Positions 25,501 through 39,498 are shown, counted from the stretch's first letter. The stretch is DNA of 64,000 bases from Azolla caroliniana (GCA_043228905.1 JBHGNT010000020.1:3534001-3598000), one strand, 5' to 3'. The notes: generated by a model from the sequence alone, not told the origin. Translations and numbers: made by a program.

Positions 25501-28048
25501 TTTAGCCCCATGTATTCGTGTCGTTTAGCTCCATGGCTCCATTATAATCATTGTCGATGTTAGGTAAAGGTACATGCTTTTGAGGAATTTTTTGAGACAA
25601 TTTTTCAAATATTCTTTCATGAAGTCATTGGTAACCCTAGAAGAGTGCTTTTTTGTCAAGCTTTTTCAACAAGATGGTACAAAAATTCTTTTGATTGTGA
25701 CAGGGAAACAAGTAAATCTTTAATCATACATTAAGGCGCACTATAATTTGAGACATAAATACATGGAGTTTAACCTTAATTTATCATATGGCTACTATTA
25801 CACATGTATTCTTGCAACAATGTGCCATTTACATATTGTGAACTCAATAGTCTCCATTAGCTTTTAAAAACATTGGAATAAATATGTAAAGTTGTAGTTT
25901 TAGTTGAATCTATGCAACATGCATGTAGACCCAAGTATATTAGCAATTGAAGCTTTTCAAAGTGATGGGATCATACCATGTCATAGACCATTGGAGAATT
26001 ATAACAACCTTAACTTCTACGTTCGGTCACCAAATTCTTAGCAACTTGAAATAATGTGTAACTTTTGTGGTTTAAGGTGAAAGTATGCAACATGTATTAA
26101 AATGAGGGTTGGATTATCAATATCTAGATTTTAGCTTTCATTGCAAATGGGAGGATTATAACTTGCTTATGTGCAACTCTCTTTTCTTGTATCTTTCTTT
26201 CTTTAATGGCTTGACAAAATAGCCTTGATTGAATTTGAAGTCACTTTGACATCTTTACTTGGGCATTGAAAATGATGTCTAGAAACACATGTCAACAACA
26301 TCATGAAAATGTTACTATGTATCAACGGTATTTTTAAGGAAAAGTTACATAATGCACTTAGGCTATCAACAAATGTTTTGATAAATTTGTGGTTCTTACA
26401 TGAACTTCAATAACACTTCTTCTTGATGTAGATTTGTCTCAGTTAATCGTCTTTGTATCTCTCTCACATGTTGATATGTTTACGACGAAGCATGAAAACT
26501 GTGAATTTGAGAAAATCTAAAAATCCTTATCCCAACTTCACAATTTTCATGAGTCATCTTGAACATATTGAGCAACTCCTAAGATAGAGCCATAGACACA
26601 ATACATTCAATGTTTCAATTGGGTTAGTTTTTCTAGATTATGAACTGTATGGATAGCACGTAACCACATAACCGTCAATTAACATGCTCTTCTTCTTCTC
26701 ACTTTCTCTCAAGCAACGATTGCATGATTGTCTCTTGCTCCATATTATCCCCCCTTATGAATTTCAAATTTTATTTGAATGTTTCTAAGTATAGCTTTAT
26801 ACATTACTATATTTTGTGGGTTTTCACCACATCTTGATGTTTCCCACTAGTAATAAAAAGCCTTACTAAGAAAACACTTGTGCCATATAGAGTTCAAATG
26901 GTTGCATCACATTGATCAAGAGAGATGGTTATGGATGATAGATCAATGATGCTAGTCATGTGGAGAATATTGGTGGATCTTTTGAATGAGACTGAGACAA
27001 TCGTTTTTATGCATGTGATAACTTCTATTGCTATGGAACATGCTAGTTATACCTCCTTTCTTTAGTTGCTCTTTCTTTCCACGGGTACATTAAATCCTCA
27101 CTCACTCATGTACCACTTTTGAATGGTCTATATTACAAAGACAAACTTCCACTTCACACATGTTATGGTTACACCGATGCATTTGCAATTACGACTATTA
27201 TGTTTGTGTGTGCGTGGGGGTGTTCCACATATGTACATGCATAGATGCAAGAAAGAAAAAGAAAGCAAAAGGTGGCATTGAATAGAAGGTGTGAGAGAGA
27301 GTTATGACAAAGAATTTAGACATAAAGGAGGCTTTTTGAAGAATAAATTTTAATTTACAATAAGATTCAAAAGACAAAATTAGTGTGTGTGTGGGAGTAG
27401 GGGGTTGGTCTGGCAATATGCTCATGGGGTGGATGAGTTGTGAGGGAAGCAAAAAATAGAGGGAATATAATAGCAAAGTAAGAGGAAATAATCATCGATC
27501 CAGGAAGAAAAAAACAAAATGAAACCAACATGACACAAAATCTCGACTCGAAAGTATTGGCTTTACATTATCAAATTATGTATTATAATTAGCATTGAAA
27601 ATTTGTACATGACATCGTCCAATCGTGCTAGATGACCTTAACATCATGTGCTTTGAGTCTAGAGGAATGGGTTTTTAATGATATTTTCAATGCGAAAAAA
27701 GAAATCATGTTTCAATTACACTAACAATTAACTAGAACTTTTCCCCTAAAAATGGAACTACAAATTTGTTCTCGACAACCCAAGATACCATTGCTTGATA
27801 AAATGCAATACTAACAAAAACATGTTATGTAGTAAATGGTAGCGAATGGATATTATTGATCACATGATATATGCACACTTATGTACACCAAGTCCCTACT
27901 TTTTTGGATGAATTGTTTCGCATTATGATGGAAATGGCAATAAATGGTTGGTTAAACTTAGAACCTGAATTGGTCAATATTTATTATTAGAGTATAGCAT
28001 CACATGAAAGACTCCCTCAAATGGGATGTCGTGACACCTGTGAAACAA

Positions 28049-28092
<44 letters not shown>

Positions 28093-28254
28093 ACAACAAT
28101 TTAGGACTAGGAAATGATACTTGTTTTATTAACTATAAGTTCCAAATTACATATAACCTCTCGTAAAAAAAATATTACCCACTATGCCATACCCATTTGT
28201 TTTTCTCGCAAAACATTTTTCATCAAATTGCCACATGAGTACTAGAATAATTTC

Positions 28255-28400
28255 AAATCAAGATCTTGTATTGCTAACTAATGTAGGAGTGCCTTCTTAC
28301 TACAATGAGGCTATGGAAGTAGAATATACAGTTAAATTGAGTATTGCCATAAAGAGCGAGATGGAGTTCAGTCAGATGAACTAGATGTGAAAATATGTAA
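28255..28400 (+). mobile_element. Ancient Ty1/Copia pol relic (start of RT)
   Basis: LLTNVGVPSYYNEAM...K.SIAIKSEM resembles the Copia LLTD.GEP..Y.EA....W..AM..EM motif. Confidence 0.55.
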
Positions 28401-29030
28401 TCCTATTTTTATATGGCATTGGGTGAGTCTTTATTGTATCGTTCAACTTTAACAAGTTCATTGTTAGTTACTTGATCAATGATCACTATCATCCTAAATT
28501 AGTGTTGTGACCACTTAAAGTATATTTGCTTTCCCGATATACACATTAATTTATACATTATAGCCTTCTAGCCATTTCACACATGTTGGATGAACGACAA
28601 TATGGCATGCCTCTAGGACATAAATAGATTGTGCAAATAAACCCTTTGCAATAATGGAGAGTGCAAGACTAAGTGGGGGATGAGAGCTTGGTGATAACTA
28701 CGATTACTTCATCTTGTGGTGGTGGGGAATTGACAAGCTTACTAGATCTTGAAATCTCAATTTACGTGATTAGGTGAAGGCTTACTGCATCGATCATCCA
28801 TTCATACGATGACTCTACACGCAAACTACTCATAAAATATCTCACGAAAATAGAGCTTATGACATCGTAGTTATGAGTCAGATATATTTTCCAACATGTA
28901 AAAGATTTTATTAGCTTTAACTAATGTCCAAGAGATTGACAATAATTCAAGCAAATTGACATTTTCTAGATTATTCATGTGTGTTCTACCCATGTTGTGA
29001 TCTCACCCATTGGATTGACACAATCCTCAC

Positions 29031-29335
29031 GTGAAATTTCTTAAACAGAATAAGAGTATTTGTGATCAATGTGGTTATCATTTTCGAATGAATAATATCG
29101 AAATAATTGAACTTCTAATTGATCACGACACTCGGATTCGCATGGATGAACACAAGATCACAATGAATGTTTTGGGTTTCTTTGATGAGAATTTCTACCA
29201 CAATCATATCACTGATTCTGAAAAGGGGACATGTTTGAAATATGGCGTTCAAATAGGTATAGGACATCTAGATGGAAAAAGTATTGCACTTGGTGTTATG
29301 GACTTTACTTTCATGTGAGGAAGTATGGATTCCAC
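29031..29335 (+). pseudogene. accD: Plastid accD fragment (nuclear plastid DNA, degenerate)
   Basis: KFLKQNKSICDQCGYH.RM....IELLID...MDE...G...GVQIGIG.LDG..IALGVMDFTFM*GSMDS corresponds to the AccD zinc-finger half and the GVMDFxFMGGSMGS motif, with an in-frame stop. Confidence 0.88.
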
Positions 29336-30254
29336 ATTATTCTTGAGCCTTCTAATGTTGGTCTGATGCCTTGTCCAACTTTAAGATCTCAGTAATCTCA
29401 AATACTCAGTAATATACATTATCTCTTGACCTTTCATCCATTCTCTTGTATATTAAATAAAACTTCATTTACATTGTCATGTTGCCGTTTGGACACTGTG
29501 AACTGACACTAAAACAAAATGTTCTATTGTTGTGACAATATGAATATAACAAAGAAAATATCAATTAGCTTAACGTGTGTACATGTGCACGTCATGTATC
29601 GATCTTACAATTGACTTATCTTATACAAAACCTAATATAATATCTTCTTTGCACATCAAGCTTATATTTCAAAGCTTCACTAAATCTTAATTATACTACT
29701 CGCTCATGACATTTTAATCCATATCTATGAACTCTAACGGTTCCACCCATAATCCATAATAGAAGTAAATCTTCATGACAACATCCCTACTTCTTATGAA
29801 TTACCATAGTTTTCGCTTAGGCTCATATGGAAATCTCTTGCTAAACTAGCCCAATTAAATTTGAGCCTCTCTTAATCTCTTTCTTTCACCTTTGATATTT
29901 TCGGATTTAAACGCATCACCCATTGTTTACCAAAGAGTGTTCCTTACCATTTGTGAATAAGAATAACAACGAGTCTCCAAAAACATTGAAACAACAAACT
30001 CCTCAAATAAGATAGTTATTCCTACAATTATGGGTAGAGAATTGATCAACTTCAATGTTTTTACAATATTGGCAACATTATGGCTTTACTAAAAAAAAGA
30101 GACCAATTTTCGAAGCTTTGAACTTCGATGGTTGAGCACCACCCTTGCCACAAATATCCATGCCAAGGTTAAGCTACGATAGGCTTTTGATGGTACAAGG
30201 TCTAAGTTATGAGAAATTTTAAATTAGCTATGACTTGTGAAGCATTGCATTCTT

Positions 30255-30670
30255 ATGCATATCCTATGGAGGAAGCATGAATTGGTCTAGTTGAAACCTT
30301 GTTGAGGGGCCCCACGTTGAATCCATTTTCCCTACGCTTGGAGAATGATTTTCTTGAGCTCCATATTTTTGGAGCTTTTATTGAAGAATTAGAATCATAG
30401 TTTGGAGAAATTGACAAGAAAAGACTTGCAATATCTAGTCTTAGGAATACGAAACAAGGTTTTCAACATGCAATTGTGTATGCCTCACTACACCATTATG
30501 TAGCCTAGACATCTAATGGGAAGTCGTAGGTTTACAAGATTATTCTAGGCATGGAATATGAGATGATGTCACAGACATCTTATTCACAATGGAGGATACA
30601 ACTTACAAAATCACGTTAAAATATCATTAACTTTGTTGTTTGATGCGACCATTGCTTTTTTGAGTTATGA
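30255..30670 (+). mobile_element. Highly degenerate Ty3/Gypsy gag relic related to Gypsy-1
   Basis: AYPMEEA*IGLVETLLRG...F.AFIEEL...FGEIDKKRLAI..LR..KQG parallels YPTDAS*VGLVGTLLSG...FEEFISEF...FEDTDS.R.TI..IR.LRHG at 37455-37660. Confidence 0.6.
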
Positions 30671-32289
30671 TAGGAGTGTTGGGGTTATGAGATTGTTAGG
30701 CCACCATCATACATCACATGACCAATTAAGACATTGAACCAACAATAACACTAAGGACCCCATATGGGAATAAGGAAAAAGGGGGAATGGAACAAAATAC
30801 ATGTAGAGCTTTTAGGCCAAATGGTGACCCCATTGTGAAATGGGACAAGCCTTCGACATAAAGCTATAAAAGTCACATTTTATAACATTTTACCTTCTCC
30901 TTGATATTTAGTTTTTCTCCCCTCTTGATCTTAAGCTAAAGGTCTATTTTGGTGCTGTTGTCGAGAACTATAGATGTTTGACACTTGTAGCCGTTTGTAA
31001 GATTCCAAAGCAAGTTTTGCCAACCTTGGGGGAAACTGGGTCAAGAACTGGAGGTAATCAAGAGAGATAAGAGTTTTCTTTTTGGCGTGTTGTTTTATTT
31101 TTCATTATTTTGGTTGCTAATTGGAGAATTATTTTCTACTAATTGCCCACCCCAACTTTCCTGATGATTATTGTGCATATCGTCTCATTAATTTCTAGTT
31201 GTTGGCTTGTCCCTATTAGATCACCCTCCTCTTTCTCTTGATTTTGTCACAATCCTAGAATGTAAGGTACAAAACATTTAAAGCTACTAGTATTTCCACT
31301 AGCAAGTTCCCGATCTCGTGAAGGCCATCATGTGAACCCCAAAACACGAAGGCCCAGATCCACAAAGTCTAACATGCGTGCCCCAAAGCATTAAGGTTGG
31401 AACACATGAACATCATCACAAGATGTCACCAATCCATGACAGCCAAACCAATCCATGACTATGCAAAGGTCCCAACCCAATAAAGCATGGAGGTCATCAC
31501 ACCAACCCTGAACTATGAAGGCCCTAATCCGCAAAGGCTATCATGGGAGCTCCAAAGCACTCACTAAAGCGTCGACCCCAAAGAAAGAAGGTGGCTTCCA
31601 CTTGTGTGGACATTCCGTTGACAAAGTGACGAAGGTTAACTCATCGACACAAAGAAACACGGGCCAATGCCGAGCCAAGTCCAGTAGCGGATAAAGAGTT
31701 GGCATAAAATCAATTGGTGGAGGTCGTGCAAGAAACGGTGTCGAGGAAATCCTCATATGTTCGTGAAATGAAGCAGGACCACCGGGGTCTTGGACCATAA
31801 GGATTTGAAGTTTGTACTAGCTTTGGCGAGAGAGAATTGAAGATAGATAGATTGATGGAGAGATATTGAAAGACGAAGATTCCAATTTTGAAACAGATTG
31901 AGAGAGAGAGAGAGAGAGATTCCAATTATGAGATAGATTGAGATAGAGATTGAACCCTTGACTTCAAATTTTGGAGACAAGATACATCATCAATAAGATA
32001 ACTAAATTTTATTATTGTTTCCTTGATTCAGTACATAGCTTTTTCCCTTTGATTTTTTTTCCTCCACTCTTTTATAGATGCCCCCATGCATATGATACAT
32101 GTCAGGGTGCAAGACATGCATGAAATGCATGCGATGCATGTTTGCCACTTGGCGTTCATGCATTACATGTGATGCATGATGTCCATGTCACTCATCGAAA
32201 CTCTCATGTATGAGAATTTACATGTGAAGAATATAATGGAAAATACAACTTTTAAAGGAATGACTTGGCTTAGTGGTAAGTCAATTGTG

Positions 32290-33211
32290 TTATGTAAGAT
32301 TGTCCCTCCTTGTGGGGGAGTTAGCTGGAAAGCCCAAACGAGAGTCGGTTGGCCAAAATCGACCAAAAAGCCGAAATGAGAGTCGATTGGCCGAAATCGA
32401 CTAAAAAAACTGAAATGGTATTCAATCGAATGGAAGTCAGTCGAATAAAACTTCTAACAAATACACACATACATATATATACATAGTCATACATATATGT
32501 GATATAAGTTAGTATATACATAGAGAGAGCTGTATTAGCTGCATATGTATGTGGGATAACTCACTGAGAAAAAACATGAGAGAAGCACGAAAGTGAGAGA
32601 AGCGCGAAAGCGAAAGCGAACCTGTAAGGTGATGTCAAGAAAACAACATGTATAGGAAAGAGGAGTAGAATGTGCACGATAAGAAGCAAGAGAACTTAGT
32701 GAAGCTCTAATGGAAACTTGTTATTCTCTTATGTAACTCTCTCTATACAATGTTACATTTGGGCTTATATATACCCAAGCCTAACTTGAGGTCGTGTTCA
32801 CACTTAAGGATACAAATTGGAAGGAGTCGGCCTTTTATGCCAACAAACTCCCCGGGCTCGTAAAAGGGCTACTCTTCCTATATATACAAATAATTGGGGT
32901 TATCTCCCCTGTGAACCTAGATTACAATTTTAATCTATACTTACAATTGAATACGTACAAGGTAGTCAACATTTGGCCGAATTTGCGGAGGTCTAGTCAA
33001 AATCTAGCCTAATTCGGCTGGTCATCCAAGTCGGCTTATCTAAAACGGTCAAATCGACCGGTTGGGATCATCTTTCATTCGAATCGGCTTGTTCATTCAG
33101 ATCGACTCGTGTCTGATTCCGTCTCTCGACCTCTAGTCGATTATCTGCTTCTTGCTCAAGCTTCCTCTTGTGCTTCTTGTTGGGTCCTTGATTTGTCTTG
33201 GGGTTCATTCG
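32290..33211. mobile_element. LTR-like debris (probably two nested LTR fragments) with a 38-bp tandem duplication at 32340-32417
   Basis: CpG-rich LTR-like sequence with TATA-like tatatatac. gagagtcg.ttggcc.aaatcgac.aaaaa..c.gaaat occurs twice. No paired termini could be resolved. Confidence 0.4.
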
Positions 33212-36010
33212 TGTTGAGCGGACAAGCTCAACCGGATCCGGATAGCTGAATAAGCTAGAGCTGGATCGGTATTAGGAATGGAGAACCGGATAGGCATCCA
33301 GAACCAAGAGCCGAATCGGATTGTAACCTGTAGGCCGTTAGAGGCCTATAATCCTAGCCTAGTACGTAGGCATATTCCTTTGAGTTAGTGTCAGTTGCTC
33401 GTATGAGCATTGAAGTACTTGTCAGTCCTTTTAAGGACTTGTATAAAAAGTGTTATGTAAGACATTTGTATGTATAGAGTGTTATTATTTTGAATTGAGT
33501 TTATGTTGTTCTGCTCTCTCTGTCTATCCCGTGTACTTTGTATTCTTAAGCTTCCATTAAACCATCATTTCTGTTTTACTGTTGTTATCCGGCTGAGCCG
33601 GTTTGTCTAGAAGCTCCCATATGCTATTCTTTTCATGGTATTAGAGCGCGAGTTTGAGATTCCTTTGTTGTTGATGAGTGATGCACACAAACAAACCCTA
33701 ACACCCGGTAAAGATAAGGAAGGACGATATGGATAGAAGCATTGCGAGCTCGCTTCTAACAGAAAAGCTCGACCGGAGCAACTATGCATCTTGGTATTAT
33801 AAAATGCACCAATACTTATTGGGGCATGGATTCTGGAGCTACGTGGAAGGAGCAAATGAAGCAGCGCCGGATTCGGCACACAAGGACTTCCTGGCATGGG
33901 AGAAAGGAGCGAGCAGAGTGTTGTATTGCCTTGCGTCTTGTGTGCACGACCAAATGCTTGACTACATTAGGGATGCAAAAACACTGAAAGAGGCCTGGGA
34001 AAATCTCTGGAAGGTTTTCGCCACAAGTACCACGGCTCGAAAGTTGCAGCTCCAACAAGAGCTCAACAGTATCCGGGAACGAGACATGTCGGTCACCGAC
34101 TGCACAATCAAGATAAAGGAGATTTGCGATGCGCTCGATTCCATCAATGTGACGATGGATGAAGATGAGATGGTCCAGATCTGCCTAGGTGGTCTAGCAC
34201 AATGGTACGGGCCAATCTGCACGACGATTTGCACTCAAGAGAAGCCACAGTCCTTCTTCGACCTACAATCGATGTTGATAGTTGAAGAAAACCATGCGAG
34301 TGGGTCAAGGACCACTCAATTAGATAACTGGATGTTGTATACAGAGGCGGATCGGCCTAGTGGACGTGGAGGACAAAGTGGGTCGGCACGCAATAGCAGT
34401 CGACAAGAGCAAAATCGGAGGCACGGAGATAGTGCCGACAACAATTCCGAACCCTCCACAAGCAAGGGGAGTCAAAATGGCACCGGAAACCGGTAATCGA
34501 AAGCTGACACAGAATGATGGTATTGTGGCAAGAAAGGGCACCGGGAAAGCGAGTGCTGGAAGAAGCGTGGCGATACGGATAAATCCGGATCCGGCAAGGC
34601 CGAACAAGGGAACTAGCAAAGCTCGCACTACGCAGAAGGATCGGAAAGATCCGGAACCGGAAAGACCGAAAAAGGGCCAGCCTTCATGATGAAGCACAAG
34701 GCGAACTTGATGAAGAAGACCACTTCCGGATCGGAGGAAGTGTGGTATGTTGACTCTGGAGCGTCTAACCACATGACGAGCCACGAAGAGTGGTTCTCAT
34801 ATCTGGAAAAATTGGAGCAATCGGGAGTTCTCGAAACCGTAGACGATACTCCTCACCCGAAAGAAACCGGAGTTGTAACAAGCTCAACTTGATACATTCA
34901 GATGTATGGGGACTAACACAAAACATTAGTCTTGATGAGAGTCGATATTTTGTCTCCTTCACTGGCGACTACAGACGGCACACGTGGATCTATCTCATCG
35001 AGAAGAAAAGCGAAGTCTTCGAATATTTCCGGAACTTGCAAAGTCTTGTCGAACGAGAAATGGAGAGAAATATCAAGTGCGTATGGTTGGATGGCGGAAA
35101 AGAATACTTTTTCGGCCAATTCAATAGTTATCTACAATGGAAAGGAATTCGGAGTGAATTCAGTTGTAGAATCATACACACCGGAACAAAACGGTGTGGC
35201 CGAAAGAAAGAACCGGTTGATCGTCGAGGCGACACGGACGATGCTGGAAGAGAAGAGCATGCCCAAGTTCTATTGGGCCGAAGCAGTCCTGACGACCATC
35301 TACATCCAAAACCGGATCGGGGATAAGGTGTCAGCACACGAGTTGTATCTCGGGAGAAAGCCGAATTTAAGGCACCTTAGGATATTCGGTAGTATAACAT
35401 ATGTGCATGTGCCGGATGAGAAGCGGAGAAAGTTGGACTCGAAGTCGGACAAGTGTATCCTTGTCGGCTACTGACATGAACGGAAGGGGTATAAGTGCTA
35501 CAACCCCTAGACCAAGCAAGTACGAGTAAACCGAGATGTCAAATTTGACGAGTTGGCATCCTGGTACTCTTTATGGACTCCGACCCGATTCCGGAAGATG
35601 AGGCTAGTGAGCCCGAAACGATCTGGGCAGAAGATGAAGAAGGATTCGGTACTCTGGACAAGAGTCCGATCTCATCCTGGCTAACTGGGTCGAATGACTA
35701 GTCAGATGAAGAGCCGGCAAGTAGTGGTGACTTGGTTGTGCCCTCCCAGTACAAGGAACCGAGGAGATGGTTCACGCACAAAGAAAAGGGGAAGAAGAAG
35801 ATGTCGGAGTATGACACTACCAACGACGAGTCGGATCGGAGCGAATACGACTGCGGATAGAACGAAGAACTTCAGAGACAAAGTCTGGGTTGACCAAGGG
35901 GGCCTTGAAATCGGGTAACGAGAAGTTATGTTGATCCACCCGCCAAAAGAACCCTGTAAAGAGGTACAAATATAATGAGTACATGGCGCATTGCTATGCG
36001 TACATGAAAC
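33212..36010 (+). mobile_element. Copia-1: 5' LTR (~33212-33635), PBS, gag-PR-INT; interrupted before RT by Gypsy-1
   Basis: TG...CA LTR, then PBS tggtattagagc (33636-33647, iMet-type). gag KLDRSNY.SW, knuckle *WYCGKKGHRESEC, protease WYVDSGASNHMT, integrase HSDVWG and YTPEQNGVAERKNR, KLD.KS.KCI.VGY. Stops and frameshifts present. Confidence 0.9.
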
Positions 36011-36021
36011 TGTCATGATAT

Positions 36022-36081
36022 GGCAAGATTTGAACCCATGACCTTATGTTACATGGGTCAAGCTCTTGACCATTAGACTAT
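36022..36081 (-). promoter_or_regulatory. tRNA-like Pol III internal promoter (A box plus B box) at the start of the Gypsy-1 LTR
   Basis: Minus strand reads TAGTCTAATGG (36080-36070, A box), then 33 nt, then GGTTCAAATCT (36036-36026, B box). Confidence 0.55.
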
Positions 36082-36091
36082 ATATTGTAAT

Positions 36092-36386
36092 CATAGTTCC
36101 TAATATTCGCGTACGTCCAATTTACTGGACGTACGCGAACGTTTGCAAACGTACGCGTATGATACGCGATATTCGTTTGGCTTTTTTTATTTTTTTGACT
36201 TTTTTTAGTTTTTTTAATTTTTGATATTCATAATATTTTGTGAATAGAAGTGACATCTGACACACATACACACACACACTCTCTCTCTCTCTCTCACACA
36301 CGAGAACTGACAGATTTTCTCTCTCTACAAAATCTAGATATCTAATATACATATTACATACTCCCTCACACAGACAAAACCCATAG

Positions 36387-36422
<36 letters not shown>

Positions 36423-36683
36423 GAGTCTAGATATACACTCAATCACTGTCTCCTCACACATGCAAAACAGGGCTTCTCTCTCTAGACCACACACGCTCTC
36501 TCTCTCTCTCTCCCCCTCAAACACACACACACACTATGTACACGATATACACCATATGTATATATAATATATCTATGTACCGCGTATGGATTTCAATCAT
36601 ACTTGGAGCCTTTTCACGTATGAGTATGATACGAATATTGGCGTTTGAGTATGACACGAATGGGACGTATGGCTAGAACTATG
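36092..36683. mobile_element. Non-autonomous hAT-type element (MITE-like, 592 bp) inserted in the Gypsy-1 LTR
   Basis: 8-bp TSD attgtaat at 36084-36091 and 36684-36691. TIRs catagttc / gaactatg. Repeated subterminal gtatgatacg and cgtacgcg motifs. No transposase. Confidence 0.9.
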
Positions 36684-39498
36684 ATTGTAATACGAAAAAC
36701 AATATTTTCATTTAAGTTTTACTATAGAAAATTGATGTATATTCCAGATTTCTCTAGAACATTCTAGAAACTTCAGGAGTACTCCTGAGAACACTATAAA
36801 AGGAGGCACAAGGCATTATTTCGAACCAAATCGGTTCAATGCCAGTCTTAAGCCTCCTAGCCATCCTTGTATATTCTTTCACATAATATATCGCTGTCAT
36901 CATCATTTTCTCTCTCTCTCTCTCCTTCTCTCGAGTGTTCTACACCCTCTTTTCCCTCTTAGTACTAATATTCATCTCTTAGTACTAATTTCCTCTCTGT
37001 CTCAGTACTATTCCTGATAGTTTGAACCGATTCTCCTTCCTCTCATTTTCCTTTTATCTTCTTACGTCTCCCTCCCTTCATACTAATCTCTTATTCCTAT
37101 TTCCTCTCATCCTATGGCCACAGTTAGCGTGCAGGAATATCAATCCGTTTTCTCGGATTTGGAATGCTTGAAAGAGAAGTTCCTTGCTTTGGAACAAGAA
37201 AATCAACGGTTTTGGGGGATCTTCAACAAATCTTCTTAGAAAAACAACAGACACAACAACAACATGGAGAACTAGCGTTACACGTGCAACAACTCGAAGC
37301 AACCATTGTAGCGATCCAACAACAAGGACCCAGTACGTAAGGGATTCATAAAGAACCCAAGATCGGCCTTCTCATGAAATTCAATGGAACGTGATCACAG
37401 TTTAGAGGATTTCTTAATCAGGTACGATTAGTCATTCAAATGCATCCTTCCCAATATCCCACCGATGCATCATGAGTGGGTTTAGTAGGCACGTTGTTAA
37501 GTGGCTCAGCTTTGGCATGGTTCGCTCCGTTGTTAGAAAAGGAATCTCCATTACTAAAGAAATTTGAAGAGTTTATAAGTGAGTTTAAAGCCTGTTTTGA
37601 AGATACTGACAGCATAAGGACAACAATCAACAAAATCCGACGATTACGTCATGGTGATCGTCTAGCCTCCGCATATGCTACAGATTTCCATCTACTGGCC
37701 TCAGATATCCCCTGGGATGACCAAGCATTAATAGAGCAATTTTGTTATGGTCTACGTAATGATGTCAAGGATTTACTCTTGACCTTCCCCAAAGAACCAA
37801 AGTCATTGACAGAAGCAATCAATTGCGCGGTGAGATGCGACAACCGCCTTTTCGAACGACATACGGAACGTTAGTCCCAGATGCCAAGGGCAAGATTAGA
37901 GCCTACCTATGCCTTAGTGGTAGCAAAACCTTTTCCAAGGGAGTCATATAATGCGTCTCCAGTGAATACTCCAACTCCGATGGAAATTGACACTACGCGT
38001 TGTTGCGAACCATTATCGGAAGAGGAAAAACAATGACGCCGAGCAAATTGACTATGTCTTTATTGCGGTGGACCAGGGCATATTGCAATGAACTGTCCCC
38101 ATAGGTGAAGAAGACAGGTAAACCAAATAGTTGCTAGTTGTAATTGTACTAAACCCGAGTCTATTTGAGTAGGAATATCTGATAGTCCTAATAGTACTAA
38201 TAACCCAAATCTATCGAACAAATTTGATGTCCTTAGTCAGTTAGAAGAAGAGTTAAACGACTAAGTCCAGCCAAAATAGGAGCCATTTGGTTGGACAACC
38301 CTAGATCTGTGCAACCCATTAGTGGTTCCATTCCCTCTAAGAAAGTTAGCAATGTGTTCTTAGCTCAAGTAGCCGTTAATGCGAAAAGTACCCCTCCAGT
38401 ATATGTCTTAGCACTCCTAGATTCCGAAGCTAATTCTTGGTTTATGGATAAGAATTTTGCCCAAGCTCATCAGATATCCCTAAGAAAACTCTCGTGTCCA
38501 ACCCCTGTAGTAGTCATTGATGGTCGTTCCATTGCTTCCGGAAATATCATAAAAGAGTCAGAGCTAGTTAATATTGCCCTAGATAACTTAGCATGTGTAG
38601 TATCATTTAATATAATTAGTATCCTAGATCATCCCATTGTTTTGGGATTACCATGGTTTGAATTACATAACCCAGACATAGATTGGAGAACAAGAGAAAT
38701 CCGGTATCGACAAACCGGAGGATCTACTCATAAGATTGCAACCATTTCGCTACATCAATTGCGTGAGGAAGGACGCAAGGAAGAAATGTTTCTCTTCGCA
38801 GTATTAGTAAAACCCTCCAACTCCACTAAAGAGGAGTCCACTGTTCAACTTCTAGAGAAATATCGTCATTATGGCGATGTGTTCGATAAAGTACAAGCCA
38901 ATACGCTTCCTCACCATCAACTGTATGATTGCCCCATTGATTTACAACCAGGAAAAGAGCCACCATGGTGACCAATCTACAACTTGTCACCAACTGAGCT
39001 AGAAGTCCTTCGAGCCTATATAGAGGAGAATTTGGCAAATGGTTTCATTCGACATTCGAAATCTCTAGCCGGCGCATCCATTTTCTTCGTCAAGAAAAAG
39101 GATGGATCACTATGTCTTGTCGTAGATTACCGTGGCTTGAATAAGGTCACCATCAGGAATAGGTATGCACTTCCCCTTATCTCAAGTCTGTTAGAATGGA
39201 TCAATGGTGCAAGGTTCTTCACAAAGATTGACTTACGAGGAGCATATAACCTCATACGGATCCGACCAGGAGATGAATGGTGCACAAGATATGGGCATTT
39301 CGAGTATACGGTCATCCCATTCGGTCTCACTAATGCGCTAGCAGTCTTCCAGCACATGGCAAATGATATATTCCGAGATCCCGTGGATGTTTGTTTGATC
39401 ATCTATTTGGATGATCTACTGGTTTATTTGAAGACCCAAGAAGAGCATGATTCTCATGTACTGTTAGTACTAAAACGACTTCGTGAACATGGTCTTTA

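Noticed and set aside
23000-28200. AT-rich intergenic stretch with a coiled-coil-like remnant (~24830-25040) and possible integrase traces (~26800-27170)
   Set aside because: Too degenerate to assign from the sequence alone.
31320-32180. Degenerate short repeats (gaaggccc..atcc.caaag) and a TGCATG cluster
   Set aside because: Probably an old TE fragment; no boundaries or domain could be supported.
36875-36905. Possible Tf1-like self-priming site after the Gypsy-1 LTR (no TGG-type PBS seen)
   Set aside because: The LTR 3' end cannot be fixed without the partner LTR, and the complementarity found was too short.
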